Below, piece after piece: positions 27,911 through 39,580 of a stretch of 64,000 nucleotides of DNA. A program made the translations under genes and the position numbers. Each line of letters opens with the position of its first letter. The stretch's first letter is position 1. The notes under the pieces were generated by a model. It saw only the letters and a list, made by a program, of their open reading frames with translations, had not been told where the DNA came from and did no database searches. The DNA is from an uncultured Acidobacteriota bacterium (GTDB lineage Bacteria > Acidobacteriota > Thermoanaerobaculia > Multivoradales > JBCCEF01): the NCBI GenBank assembly GCA_963843275.1, contig CAWJJM010000012.1, positions 623,753-687,752 on the forward strand, given 5' to 3'.

Positions 27911-30025
27911 TCAGCCGGCGGCCGGCGGCTCGGCCACCTCGATCGAGCGCACCGTCCCCGCCTTGCCCTCGACCTGGACCGCCTCGCCGACCGCCTTGCC
28001 GAGCAGGCTCTGGCCGAGCTCGGACTGGTAGGAGAGGACGCCGCGGTCGGGGTCGCTCTCCCAGGGACCGAGCAGGGTGAGGGTGCGCTCGTCGCCGCCC
28101 TCGAGCTCGATCCGGAAGCGGGTGCCGACGCGGATCTGGGCGGGGTCGACCTTGGCGAGGTCGAGCGTCTGGACGCGGCCGAGCTCGCGGTCGAGCTTGG
28201 TGGCGCGGGCGGTGAGGTACTCGTGGCGCTGCCGCGCCGCCTTGTACTCGAAGTTCTCGCGCAGGTCGCCCATCGCCCGGGCCTCGGCGATCGCCTTGCG
28301 GTTGGCGGGCAGCTCCTTGCGGGCGATGTCCTCGAGCTCGGCGCGGCGGGCGGCGATCGAAGCGGGGAGCGCCCACAGCACGTCGACGGCGGCCTGCTCT
28401 CCGGTCAGCGACGGGAACTGGCGCTCCAGGGCGTGCTGCAGGTTGTCGCGCTGGTAGGCCTCGAGCAGGGCGGCCCGGTGCACGGCGTCGCTGGCCGCCG
28501 CGGCCTGCTCCTCGGCGAGCTCGGGGACCAGCCGCAGGAGCGTTCCCCCCTTCTCGCCCAGCGCCTTGAGCCGGGCGCGGTAGGGGGCGAGCTCCTCGCG
28601 GTGCGGCGCGGCGAGGATCTGCTGCAGCAGGCGCAGCGGGTTGCGGCACAGCAGCGCCGGGTCGCGGGCGGCGCGTTCGGCGAGCCAGGTGAAGGCGGCC
28701 GGCTGGCGGTGCGGCTGCGAGACGGCGGCGTCGAGGAAGCGGGCCAGCGCGCGGGACGGCGTGCCGCCGGCGTCGGCGACCAGCTCGTCGTGCAGCAGGT
28801 CGAGGCTCTTCGGGTCCTCCTCGCGGCCCATCCGGTCGAAGAAGACCTCGCGCCAGTCGTCGCGCAGGCGGCGGATGCTCCGGTAGGCGTCCTCCTTGAG
28901 GCTGCGGTCCTCGAGGCCCGAGAGCAGGGTGTCGAGCAGCCGGCGGTCGCCGCCCAGCAGCCGGTCCGGAGAGAGGGCCGCCGCCGCGGCGGCGCGCCCG
29001 GCGCGCTCCAGCCCGGCCCAGATCTCGTAGGCGAGGCCCGGGTCGGAGCCGGCCGCCGACTCGCCCAGCGCCGCCAGCTCCGCCGCCATGCGACCGGCGA
29101 GCTCCGGCTCGCGGTCGCCCTCGCGGCGCAGCAGGTCGATGCGCTTGCGCGGTGCCGCCCGCTCGAACGCCGCCCACACCGCCTCTACCGCGTGGTCGCT
29201 CGACGCCGCCCAGGCATAGGTCTGGCGGCCCTTGCCCCCGACCACCACCTGCGGGTGCTTGCGCGCCGCCGCCCAGAACGAGGTCCACGAGGAGTCGGGC
29301 ACCACGGTGGCGAGGTCCTGCTTGATCTCCCCGGCGGTCAGCGGCCGGCCGCGGCTCTCGAGCACCACTCGCAGCAGCTCGGAAGGGTCCTCGGCCACCA
29401 GCCGCGCCAGCTCCTCGGGCTCCTCGACGGTGCGGCGCAGGATGTGGCCGGGCGGCAGCTTCTCGAGCACCTTGGGCGCGGCGCGGAAGCCCACGTGGAG
29501 GTTACGGCCGCCGGCGAACTCGACCTTCAGGCTCTCCAGCGGGAAGTTCAGCTCCACCACCCGGCCCACCCCCTGGCCGTTCATCGCCACCAGGGTGCCG
29601 ACGTCGTAGGCGAGGATCTGCTCGAGGCGCTCGACCTTCTCCCAGCTCTTCGGCAGGTCGTGGGGGGCGCGGCGCAGGCCGACCGCCTCGACGACGCCGT
29701 CGAAGGTGTCACCGGCGCCGTAGAGCTCGGCCAGCGTCCCGAGGATCTCGGGGTGCACGCGCTCGGGGGGGAGCAGCACGGTACCGGCGCGGCGCAGCAG
29801 GTCGAGCCGGGCGCGGTGCAGGCCGCGCGAGCGCAGCTCCGCGTCGACCAGCTCGAGGAGGAAGCGGGCACGCTCCTCTTCGTCGCGGGCGGCGAGCTCG
29901 CGCGCCGCTGCGGCGAAAGGGGCGACGTCGTGGGGAGCCTCGGCGAGCCGCTGCACCCAGATGTCCTCCAGGGTGTCGTAATCGCCGAGCTCGAGGGGGG
30001 AACGGAACTCCGGAGGCAAGGGCAT
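27911..30025 (-). CDS. GreA/GreB-domain transcript-cleavage factor with about 540-aa N-terminal extension
   Basis: The real start is ATG 30025 (MPLPPEFRSPLELGDYD...) within ORF 27911..30682. The C-terminal 160 aa form a complete Gre fold. It keeps the acidic tip (GDLRENFEYKAARQRHEY) and the C-terminal domain (VGTRFRIE...LLGPWESDPDRGVLSYQSELGQSLLGKAVGE). Confidence 0.8.
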   Translation of the reverse strand: MPLPPEFRSPLELGDYDTLEDIWVQRLAEAPHDVAPFAAAARELAARDEEERARFLLELVDAELRSRGLHRARLDLLRRAGTVLLPPERVHPEILGTLAELYGAGDTFDGVVEAVGLRRAPHDLPKSWEKVERLEQILAYDVGTLVAMNGQGVGRVVELNFPLESLKVEFAGGRNLHVGFRAAPKVLEKLPPGHILRRTVEEPEELARLVAEDPSELLRVVLESRGRPLTAGEIKQDLATVVPDSSWTSFWAAARKHPQVVVGGKGRQTYAWAASSDHAVEAVWAAFERAAPRKRIDLLRREGDREPELAGRMAAELAALGESAAGSDPGLAYEIWAGLERAGRAAAAAALSPDRLLGGDRRLLDTLLSGLEDRSLKEDAYRSIRRLRDDWREVFFDRMGREEDPKSLDLLHDELVADAGGTPSRALARFLDAAVSQPHRQPAAFTWLAERAARDPALLCRNPLRLLQQILAAPHREELAPYRARLKALGEKGGTLLRLVPELAEEQAAAASDAVHRAALLEAYQRDNLQHALERQFPSLTGEQAAVDVLWALPASIAARRAELEDIARKELPANRKAIAEARAMGDLRENFEYKAARQRHEYLTARATKLDRELGRVQTLDLAKVDPAQIRVGTRFRIELEGGDERTLTLLGPWESDPDRGVLSYQSELGQSLLGKAVGEAVQVEGKAGTVRSIEVAEPPAAG

Positions 30026-30043
30026 GGAGCCCGGAACGATAGC

Positions 30044-30775
30044 ATGGCGCGCATGGGCGAAGACCTGCGGCGACGGCTGCGGGAGTCGGCCGAGGAGCCT
30101 CTGCTCGCGCTGCTCCGGGAGCACGCCGGCGAGCTCGGGCCGGAGGACGCCCTGCAGGCGCTCGCCAACCCGTTCCTGACCGCCGCGGGGGTGGAGCTGC
30201 TGGCCGCCCAGGGCCGCGTCACCGCCGCCTACGAGGTGCGCCGCGCGCTGGCCATGGACCGCCGGACGCCGGAGATCCTGGCGCGTCGCTTCCTGGGCGG
30301 TCTCTACTGGCACGACCTGGTGGCGGCGGGAGCCGACATGCGGCTCGCGCCGTTGCTGCGCCGGGCCGCCGACCTGTTGCTGGCCACTCGGCTGCCCGGC
30401 CTGTCGCCGGGCGAGAAGATGGCGGTGGCGCGCCGGGCCAGCCTCGGGCTGGTGGCGCACTTCCGGGACGAGGCGAACCCGCGGGTCCTCGGTGCCCTGC
30501 TGGAGAACCCGCGGATGACGGAAGGGGCTCTGCTCCCGCTGCTGCACCGCGAGCGGGTGCCGCCCGCCGTCCTCGAAGTGGTCGCGAACGACCCCCGCTG
30601 GGGCGTGCGCTACCCGATCCGGTTGGCTCTCGCCCGCAACCCATCCACCCCTGTTCAGATAGCTTTGCGCACACTGCCGCACCTACGTAAGTCGGACCTC
30701 GTGACCGTGGCGCGGGACTTGCGTCTGGCAGCAGCTGTGCGCCGGCGGGCCCAATTGCTCGGCGGGTTGGGCTGA
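30044..30775 (+). CDS. hypothetical helical-repeat protein, paralog of 31782..32813
   Basis: ATG 30044 in the frame of ORF 28223..30775. The C-terminal block NDPRWGVRYPIRLALARNPSTPVQIALRTLPHLRKSDL aligns with RHREWVVRYPILLALARNPKTPLGVSIKLIPRLAVRDL of the downstream paralog. Confidence 0.6.
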   Translation: MARMGEDLRRRLRESAEEPLLALLREHAGELGPEDALQALANPFLTAAGVELLAAQGRVTAAYEVRRALAMDRRTPEILARRFLGGLYWHDLVAAGADMRLAPLLRRAADLLLATRLPGLSPGEKMAVARRASLGLVAHFRDEANPRVLGALLENPRMTEGALLPLLHRERVPPAVLEVVANDPRWGVRYPIRLALARNPSTPVQIALRTLPHLRKSDLVTVARDLRLAAAVRRRAQLLGGLG

Positions 30776-30784
30776 CGTGCCGAT

Positions 30785-30813
30785 TTGACCGTCGCCCGAG
30801 GGCCGAATAGAGT
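30785..30813 (+). promoter_or_regulatory. candidate sigma-70-type promoter upstream of rodZ
   Basis: TTGACC (30785-30790), a 17-nt spacer, then TAGAGT (30808-30813). It sits only about 10 nt before GTG 30823. The mRNA is therefore near-leaderless, or the true start lies downstream. Confidence 0.35.
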
Positions 30814-30822
30814 CATCCCAAC

Positions 30823-31773
30823 GTGTCGAACGAGAGCCGGAGCGAAAGCGAAGACGCTGCTTTTCCCGACACTTCCACGGCGGCGGTCCGCGAGGACGTC
30901 GCGGTGGGAGAGGCGTTGCCGGTGGCGCGGACGCGGCGCTCGGGAGCGGAGGCCGGGTTGGCGGCGGCGGGGGCCGAGCGGGCGGAGCCCGAGCGCGGTC
31001 CCGCGAGCGCCGGCGAGGCCTCCTTCGGCACCTGGCTCCGGCGGCAGCGCGAGCTGCGCGAGATCGACCTGCGCGAGATCGCCGACAAGACCAAGATCAG
31101 CCTGCGCTACCTGAAGGCGATGGAGCAGGACCGCTTCGAGGTCCTGCCGGCGCCGGTCTTCGCCCGGGGCTTCCTGCGCGAGTACGCCAAGTACGTCGGC
31201 CTCAACCCCGACGAGGTGGTCAACTACTACCTGACCCAGGAGGGGCTGGTCGAGGAGCGCGAGCCCGAGGCGGACGACCGTCCGACGAGCTCGGCCGCGC
31301 GCGGACCCGTCACCCGCGGCGCCTTCCTCATCCTGCTCCTGATCGTCGTGGTCGCCGCGGCGGCGTACTTCCTGTTCTGGCGCCGGGCCCACGAGGAGGC
31401 GGCGCGCGCGGCGCCGCCTCCGATCGCCGTGCCGGCCCAGGTGGAGGTGCCGCGCAACGAGGTGCCGCCGCCGCCGCCCGCCGAGCCCGAGGTCACCGCC
31501 CCGGTGACCGTCACCCTCGACTTCACCCAGGAGTGCTGGGTCGAGGCGGAGACCGACGGCAAGCCGTCGATCAGCCGCCGCTACGTCGCCGGGGAGTCGC
31601 TCCGCCTCGAAGCGCAGCAGAGCGTCGTGCTGACCACGCTGGGCAACGCCGGCGGCGTCGAGGTGCAGGTCAACGGCATGCCGTTCGACCTGCGGGCCGA
31701 GAGCGGCGAGGTGCTGCACGACGTGACGATCGATCTCGAGACGGTCGAGCGCCTGCGCCGCCGCGCCGCCTGA
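30823..31773 (+). CDS. rodZ: RodZ-like cytoskeleton-associated protein (XRE-type HTH, one TM helix, DUF4115)
   Basis: HTH (FGTWLRRQRELREIDLREIADKTKISLRYLKAMEQDRFEVLPAPVFARGFLREYAKYVGL). TM helix (AFLILLLIVVVAAAAYFLFW). C-terminal DUF4115-like beta domain (CWVEAETDGKP...LTTLGNAGGVEVQVNG). Confidence 0.8.
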   Translation: MSNESRSESEDAAFPDTSTAAVREDVAVGEALPVARTRRSGAEAGLAAAGAERAEPERGPASAGEASFGTWLRRQRELREIDLREIADKTKISLRYLKAMEQDRFEVLPAPVFARGFLREYAKYVGLNPDEVVNYYLTQEGLVEEREPEADDRPTSSAARGPVTRGAFLILLLIVVVAAAAYFLFWRRAHEEAARAAPPPIAVPAQVEVPRNEVPPPPPAEPEVTAPVTVTLDFTQECWVEAETDGKPSISRRYVAGESLRLEAQQSVVLTTLGNAGGVEVQVNGMPFDLRAESGEVLHDVTIDLETVERLRRRAA

Positions 31774-31781
31774 GCCCGCCC

Positions 31782-32813
31782 ATGTCCGCCGGCTCCCCAC
31801 CGCCGTCCGGAGCGGAGTCGCTCGAGGAGCGGGTCCGGGCCGGCACCGATCCGGCGCTCTCCCTGCTGGCGGCGCGCGGCCTGCTGCCGATCGAGCCCGA
31901 CCGCTTGATCCCCCTGCAGGTGCGGTTCGCTCGGGGCGACGGCGAGCTCGCGGCCGCCGCCCGCGAGGCTCTCGGCGGGCTCGAGGCGCGCCGGGTGGTC
32001 GCCTACGTGGCGCGCGGTGCGGGCGCGGCGGAGCTCGCCTGGTTCGCCGGGGCCAGCCGCGACGACGAGGTGATCGAGGCGGTGCTGCGGCGCCGCGACG
32101 TCCCCCGCCAGCTGCTCGTCGAGCTGGCGGGGCGCCTCTCCCCGCGGCTGCAGGAGGTGCTGATCCAGCGCCAGGACGCCCTGGTGGAGGAGCCGGCGAT
32201 CGCCGACGCGCTGGAGGCGAACCCGCAGCTCGGCCCGGTGGTGCGTCGCCGGCTCGCCGAGTACCGAGAGCACCTGCTGCGCCCGGAGGGCGCGGTGGAG
32301 GAGCCGCCGCCGGAGGCGGAAGGGGAGGCGAGCGACGAGGAGGTGCGGCGCGCCCTCGCGGAGGTGGGGGCGGTGGAGGGCGAGGGCGAGCAGGAGCCGC
32401 ACACCGGCCTCACCGAGGTCCAGGTGCGGAATTTGCCGGTCCCGGTGCGCCGGCGGCTGGCCCGCGGTGCGCCGCGCACCCTGCGCGCCCTGCTGGTGCG
32501 CGACCCGAACCCGATCGTGGCGCGCACGGTGCTCACCGGCAACACCCTCTCCGACCAGGAGATCGAGCAGGTCGCCTCCAGCCGGGCCGTCCACGAGGAC
32601 GTGCTGTCGGAGATCTCCCGCCATCGGGAGTGGGTGGTGCGCTACCCGATCCTGCTGGCACTGGCGCGCAACCCCAAGACGCCCCTGGGGGTGTCGATCA
32701 AGCTGATCCCACGCCTCGCGGTCCGCGACCTGCGGTTTCTTTCGAAGGACCGCAACGTCCCCGACGCGGTGCGGACCACCGCGCAGCGTTTGTATAGAAT
32801 CAAAAGGTTGTAG
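31782..32813 (+). CDS. hypothetical helical-repeat protein, paralog of 30044..30775
   Basis: ATG 31782 in the frame of ORF 31533..32813, 343 aa. It shares a conserved C-terminal block with the upstream paralog. Confidence 0.6.
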   Translation: MSAGSPPPSGAESLEERVRAGTDPALSLLAARGLLPIEPDRLIPLQVRFARGDGELAAAAREALGGLEARRVVAYVARGAGAAELAWFAGASRDDEVIEAVLRRRDVPRQLLVELAGRLSPRLQEVLIQRQDALVEEPAIADALEANPQLGPVVRRRLAEYREHLLRPEGAVEEPPPEAEGEASDEEVRRALAEVGAVEGEGEQEPHTGLTEVQVRNLPVPVRRRLARGAPRTLRALLVRDPNPIVARTVLTGNTLSDQEIEQVASSRAVHEDVLSEISRHREWVVRYPILLALARNPKTPLGVSIKLIPRLAVRDLRFLSKDRNVPDAVRTTAQRLYRIKRL

Positions 32814-32822
32814 CCGCTCGAG

Positions 32823-33470
32823 ATGACGACGGATTACTACGCCGTCCTCGGGGTGCCCCGGCACGCGGGGACCGCCGAGGTGCGCCGGCGGTTCCGCGAG
32901 TTGGCCCGCCAGCGCCACCCCGACCGGTTCCGGGGCGAGGAGAAGGCTCGGGCGGAGCGCGAGTTCCAGGCGCTGACCGAGGCCTTCAACGTCCTCGCCG
33001 ATGCGGAGCGCCGCCGCCTGCACGACCGGGAGCTGAGCGGGGACCGTCCGGCGCCCGGGGGGGGTGGCGGGATCGATCCGCGGGAGGTGGCGCGCGCCTA
33101 CCTGGGACGGGGTGTCCGCGCCTACCGCGAGAAGCGCTACGCCGAGGCGGCGGAGAGCTTCGAGCAGGCGACGCGGGCGACCCCGGAGGACGCACGCGCC
33201 TGGTACTACCTGGCGCTGGCGGCCAGTCACGGCAAGCGCCGCGACGCCACCGGCGCGATCGAACGCGCGTGCAAGCTGGAGCCGATGAACGTGCCGTACC
33301 TGCGGGCGGCGGGACGTATCCTGGCGGGCGCCGGCGATCTGGAAGCCGCCGAGCACTACTACAATGAGGCACTCAAGTGGTCGGCCGAGGATCCCGCCAT
33401 CCGGCAGGAGCTCGAGGCGCTGCGCAGCGGCTCCCGGAAGGGCCGCTTCGGTTTCTTCGGAAGAACGTGA
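32823..33470 (+). CDS. J-domain protein with TPR repeats
   Basis: DYYAVLGVPRHAGTAEVRRRFRELARQRHPDR carries the HPD motif. TPR-like repeats follow (YREKRYAEAAESFEQATRATPEDARAWYYLALA...). Confidence 0.85.
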   Translation: MTTDYYAVLGVPRHAGTAEVRRRFRELARQRHPDRFRGEEKARAEREFQALTEAFNVLADAERRRLHDRELSGDRPAPGGGGGIDPREVARAYLGRGVRAYREKRYAEAAESFEQATRATPEDARAWYYLALAASHGKRRDATGAIERACKLEPMNVPYLRAAGRILAGAGDLEAAEHYYNEALKWSAEDPAIRQELEALRSGSRKGRFGFFGRT

Positions 33471-33474
33471 GCGG

Positions 33475-34269
33475 ATGAGGGTCGAGATCGAGTCCTGGGG
33501 CGTGAGCGACGTGGGGCGGGCACGCACCCACAACGAGGATTGCTTCGAGATCGACACGGAGCGCCGGCTCTTCCTCGTCGCCGACGGCATGGGGGGGCAC
33601 CGCTTCGGCGAGGTCGCCGCCCAGGTCGCGGTGACCGCGATCCGCGACTTCGTCGCGCACACCCAGGACTCCGAGTCGACCTGGCCCTTCGTCCTCGACA
33701 CCCGGCTGCAACGGCACTCGAACCTGTTGAAGAACGCGGTCCGCGTCGCCCACGGCAAGGTGCTGGCGGCGATCCGCGAGGACCGACGCCTCTACGGGAT
33801 GGGAACCACCGTGGTCGCCCTCTACCTCGACGGCGAGGTGGCGGCGCTGGCCCACGTCGGGGACAGCCGTGCCTACCGGCTGCGCGACGACGCCTTCGAG
33901 CTGCTGACGCAGGACCACACCTGGGTCAACGAGCAGGTGGTGGCGGGGTTCCTCTCCGAGGCCCAGGCGCGGGCGCACCCGCTGAAGAACGTCGTCACCC
34001 GGGCCCTGGGCGGGGAGCGCGACGTGGCGGTGGACGTGCGCGAGCTGGAGGTGGCGCCGGGGGACCTCTACCTGCTGTGCTCCGACGGCCTGACCACCAT
34101 GCTGTCGGACCCCCAGATCGCCGCCCTCGTCCGCGAGGGCGGCTCGGTGCGGCAGGTCTGCGAGCGACTGGTCGCCGGCGCCAACGCCAGCGGCGGCCAC
34201 GACAACGTCACCGTCGTCGCCCTGGGGATCCGGGGCGACGACGACGACCGGTCGGCGCCGCTTCAGTAG
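33475..34269 (+). CDS. PP2C-family Ser/Thr protein phosphatase
   Basis: ATG 33475. Motifs: SDVGRARTHNEDCF, LFLVADGMGGH, GTTVVAL, VGDSRAYRL, LLCSDGL, GGHDNVTVV. Confidence 0.9.
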   Translation: MRVEIESWGVSDVGRARTHNEDCFEIDTERRLFLVADGMGGHRFGEVAAQVAVTAIRDFVAHTQDSESTWPFVLDTRLQRHSNLLKNAVRVAHGKVLAAIREDRRLYGMGTTVVALYLDGEVAALAHVGDSRAYRLRDDAFELLTQDHTWVNEQVVAGFLSEAQARAHPLKNVVTRALGGERDVAVDVRELEVAPGDLYLLCSDGLTTMLSDPQIAALVREGGSVRQVCERLVAGANASGGHDNVTVVALGIRGDDDDRSAPLQ

Positions 34270-35367
34270 CTGTAGCCGCGGCGTGCCCGCACCCGGAAGT
34301 TCGGGTTCTTGGCCTCCACCTCGACCCGCTGGTACCCCGAGGCGTCCCGCGGATGCGGCGACCGGTAGCTCAGCAGGTAGTACCCCGTCGAGTCCTGCGC
34401 GATCTGCTCGAGCGGCGTCGTGTAGCTGGTGAAGAACGGGTAGTAGCGGCCGCCGGTGTCGCTGGCGAGCTGCGACAGGGCGTCCTCGAGCGGGTGCTCC
34501 ACGCTCTGCGGCGTGACGTCGACGGTGTAGATGGCGACGTTGGCGTCGTTGAGGGCGTGGATCATGTCGGGGTAGAAGCGGGTGTCCGCTTCGATACTGG
34601 CCGAAGGTGTTGATGTCCCCGAAGCCGAGGCCGAAGTAGATCAGGTTCTTGCGACCCCGCTCGTCCTTGACCGCGTCGGCCACCATCTCCAGCGCGTCGT
34701 AGACCCGCGGCGTCTGGCGGCTGAGCTCCTTGCCGACGGGGAGCTGGGCGGCGATCGACGGCCCCTCGTCCTGCTTCTGGCGCGACGGCCAGCTGCCCGG
34801 ACCCGCGCCCGCCGGAGGCGGCGCGGTCGATGGCCGCGGCGATGGCACCCCGGTCGTGGGTGAAGTCCTGTGGAGCTGCAGGCTGCGGTCGTAGCTGAAC
34901 ACCGCCACCCAGTCCGCCGGCGCGAGCGTGCGCACCCACTGCTTGGCGTCGCGACCGGCGCGGAGCTGCTCGCGGGTCAGCGGCAGGTCGCCGGTCTGGT
35001 ACTTGCGGACGTCGTCGAAGAAGAGGATGAAGTAGCGGTCCTCGGGGGCGCGGTCGACCGCCACCCCCTTGGCCTCCAGCGCGGCGGCCGACTCCTGCGG
35101 CCGCTGGAGCTGTAGAAGGTGACGTCCTGGACCTGCTGCGGGGTACCGTTCTCGCGCACCAAGAAGTCGTTCGGACCGAGCCCGACGATGACGTTGCCCT
35201 GTCGGTCCGTCACCAGCACGTCGAGCAGCACCTCCGTCACGTCGACCTGCTCGCCGAACTGGGCGGAGGTCTGCGGCGTCTCCTCCGGCGTCTGCACGGC
35301 CGCGGCGGCGGCCGTCCCGGCAGCGGCGGCCAGCGCCAGCGCAGACAACGAGCATTCTGCGGATCAT
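34263..35367 (-). pseudogene. VWFA-related (TIGR03436-like) secreted protein, frame-disrupted in this assembly (at least 4-5 indels)
   Basis: The protein is recoverable only by hopping frames. The pieces are MIRRML (start 35367), then ..SALALAAAAGTAAA..FGEQVDVTEVLLDVLVTDRQGNVIVGLGPNDFLVRENG (ORF 34977..35348). Next come DRYFILFFDD..WVAVFSYDRSLQLH and GRKNLIYFGLGFGDINTFGQY (frame of 33373..36174). The last piece is MIHALNDANVAIYTVDV..GYYLLSY..YQRVEVEAKNPNFRVRARRGY (34263..34565). Confidence 0.7.
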
Positions 35368-35416
35368 CTCACTCTCCCTTGGTCTCTTGGATTGCATGGT
35401 TCCGGGAGTCGAAAGG

Positions 35417-35432
35417 AGCAAGGGCCGGGCCA
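35417..35432 (-). promoter_or_regulatory. weaker candidate sigma-54 promoter upstream of the VWFA gene
   Basis: The minus strand reads TGGCCC-ggccc-TTGCT. The invariant GG and GC are at the correct spacing, with one mismatch in the -24 box. It lies about 50 nt upstream of ATG 35367. Confidence 0.3.
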
Positions 35433-35543
35433 GGGCGCGCGGCCGGCCGCCCCCCGGGGCGTCACGGCGGGAACCGCGGCGCCCGGGCAGTCCCCGTGGG
35501 GGACCGCCGGTGTCCTCCGGCGGGGACGCCGTGGCGGATCGAT

Positions 35544-37754
35544 TCAGGTGGCGACCGGTGCGCCGCGGTCCGCGGGAGCGGGGCGGCCGCCCGCTTCGCC
35601 GATCATCCCGAACCGGGCGTAGAAGCCGCCCTCCTCGGCCGTCCGGCGCAATGCCTCGGACGGGGCGGTAGCGCTCGCCCACGGCGCTGGCGAACCGCTC
35701 CAGGGTCTCGAGGGCCCAGCCCAGGCCCTGCTGATCGGCCCAGCGGCACGGGCCGCCGCGGAAGGGCGGGAACCCGGTGCCGAAGATCATCGCCAGGTCG
35801 AGCTCGCCGGCGGTCGCCACCACCTCCTCCTCGAGGCAGCGGGCGGCCTCGTCGATCATCGCGCAGCACCATCCGCTCCTCGAGGTAGCGCGGGTCCGGG
35901 TCCTCGATCGCGGGGCTCGAGGCCGAGCAGCTCGTAGACCGCCGGGTCCGGCGCGCCGCGCTCGCCGTCGTCCCAGCGGTAGACGCCGCGGCCGTTCTTC
36001 TTGCCGAGGTAGCCGGCCGCCGGCAGCTCGCGGTGCCACGACGGCAGCGGCAGCCGGTCGCCGTACGCTTCGTGCAGCACGCCGGCCACCTCCTGGGCGA
36101 TGTCGATGCCCACCTCGTCGCCGAGGGCCACCGGGCCCATCGGCATGCCCCAGCGCCTCCATCGCCCGGTCCACGTCCTCGACCCGATAGCCCTCGTCGA
36201 GCAGCCAGAGCGCCTCGACCGAGTAGAAGGTCGAGCAGCCGGTTGACCAGGAAGCCGGGGGTCTGTCGGACCCGCACCGGGGTCTTGCCGAGCTTGCGGG
36301 CGAGCTCGAAGACCGTGTTGATCGCCGCCGGGCCCGAGCGCTCGCCGACCACCACCTCGACCAGCGGCATCTTGTGGACCGGGTTGAAGAAGTGCATCCC
36401 GACCACCCGCTCCGGGTGCGGCGTGCGCTCGCCGATGGCGTCGACGGACAACGACGAGGTGTTGCTGGCGAGGACGGTGTCGGCGGAGACGTGCTCGGCG
36501 ACCTCGGCGAAGACGGCCTGCTTGACCGGCAGCTTCTCGACCACCGCCTCGATCACCAGGTCGACGCGGCCGAAGGCGGCGTAGTCGAGGGTCGGCTGCA
36601 GCAGCGCCATCTTGCGCGCGCGCCTCCGGCTCGCTCAGCCGCTGCTTCTTCTGCAGCTTGGCGAACAGCGCCGCGGCGTGCGCCATGCCGTGCGCCAGCG
36701 GCTCGGGACGGATGTCCTTCATCACCACCGGAACGCCGGCCTCGTGGGCGAGGAGCTGCGCGATCCCGCCCCCCATGGTGCCGGCGCCGAGGACCGCGGC
36801 CTCGTGCACCGGCCGCGCCTCGCCGCCGCTGGCGCCGACGAGCTTCTTGGCGCCCTCGGTGAGCTTGAAGACGTGCAGGAGCGACTTCGAGACGCCGGAC
36901 GTGGCGAGCTCGCCGAAGGCGCGCGACTCGGCGGCGAAGCCGGCCGCCGGCCCCTCCTCCAGCCCGGTCCGCACGACCTCCAGGGCGGCCAGCGGCGCCG
37001 GGTACTTGCCGTGCGTGCGCTCCAGCGTCTTCTTGCGCGCCTGGTCGAAGACGAGCTTGCGGCCCAGCGGGTTCTTCTCCAGCAGCAGCTCTTTGAGGTC
37101 GAAGCCGCCGCCGCCCTGCCACAGCGACCGGGTGCGCCCGCGGTGCGCCTGCGCGAAGTCGCGCACGTGGTGGAGGAAGCCGGCCGCCGGCAGCAGGGCG
37201 TCGGCGAAGCCCTGGCGCAGCGCCCGCTTGCGCCGAGGACGTGCTCCCGCCGAGGATCCAGTCGAGGGCGTCGGGCAGCGCCAGCAGCCGCGGCAGCCGG
37301 GTGCTGCCGCCCCAGGCCGGCAGGATGCCCAGGCGGACCTCCGGCAGGCCGATGCGCACCTCGGGCCGGTCGGCCACCAGGCGGTAGGTCGAGGCCAGGG
37401 CGAGCTCGGTGCCGCCGCCGAGGCAGGGACCGTCGATCGCGGCCACGGTGGGGAAGGGAGCTCCGACCAGTCGGCGAAGATGCGCTGGCCGGCGCGCGAG
37501 CCCTCGGTCGGCCGCGGCGGGGTCGGTGAGGTTCTGCGATCAGGGCCACGTCGGCGCCGGCGACGAAGCCGCGCGGCTTGCCGGAGAGCAGCACCAGGCA
37601 CTCGATGTCGTGGCGTTCGGCGAGCTCGGCCGACGACCTCGCCGAGCTCGCGCAGGACCGCTTCGTCGAAGACGTTGAGCTTGCGGCCCGGGGCGTCGAA
37701 GACCAGGGTGGCCAACCCGTCCGAGCCGGCCGTCAGGCGGAATGCGGAAGACAC
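35544..37754 (-). pseudogene. FadB/FadJ-like multifunctional enoyl-CoA hydratase / 3-hydroxyacyl-CoA dehydrogenase, frame-disrupted in this assembly (at least 6 indels)
   Basis: The start is GTG 37754 with GAAGGAGA upstream. Crotonase pieces are LATLVFDAPGRKLNVFDEAVL, LLSGKPRGFVAGADV and [46 protein letters not shown] pieces are [58 protein letters not shown] and DLAMIFGTGFPPFRGGP. These lie in three different frames (ORFs 35856..37754, 36722..37594, 36553..37446, 35603..36610, 33373..36174). Confidence 0.8.
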
Positions 37755-37781
37755 GGGGATTCTCCTTCGCTCGCGGATCCG

Positions 37782-39580
<1,799 letters not shown>

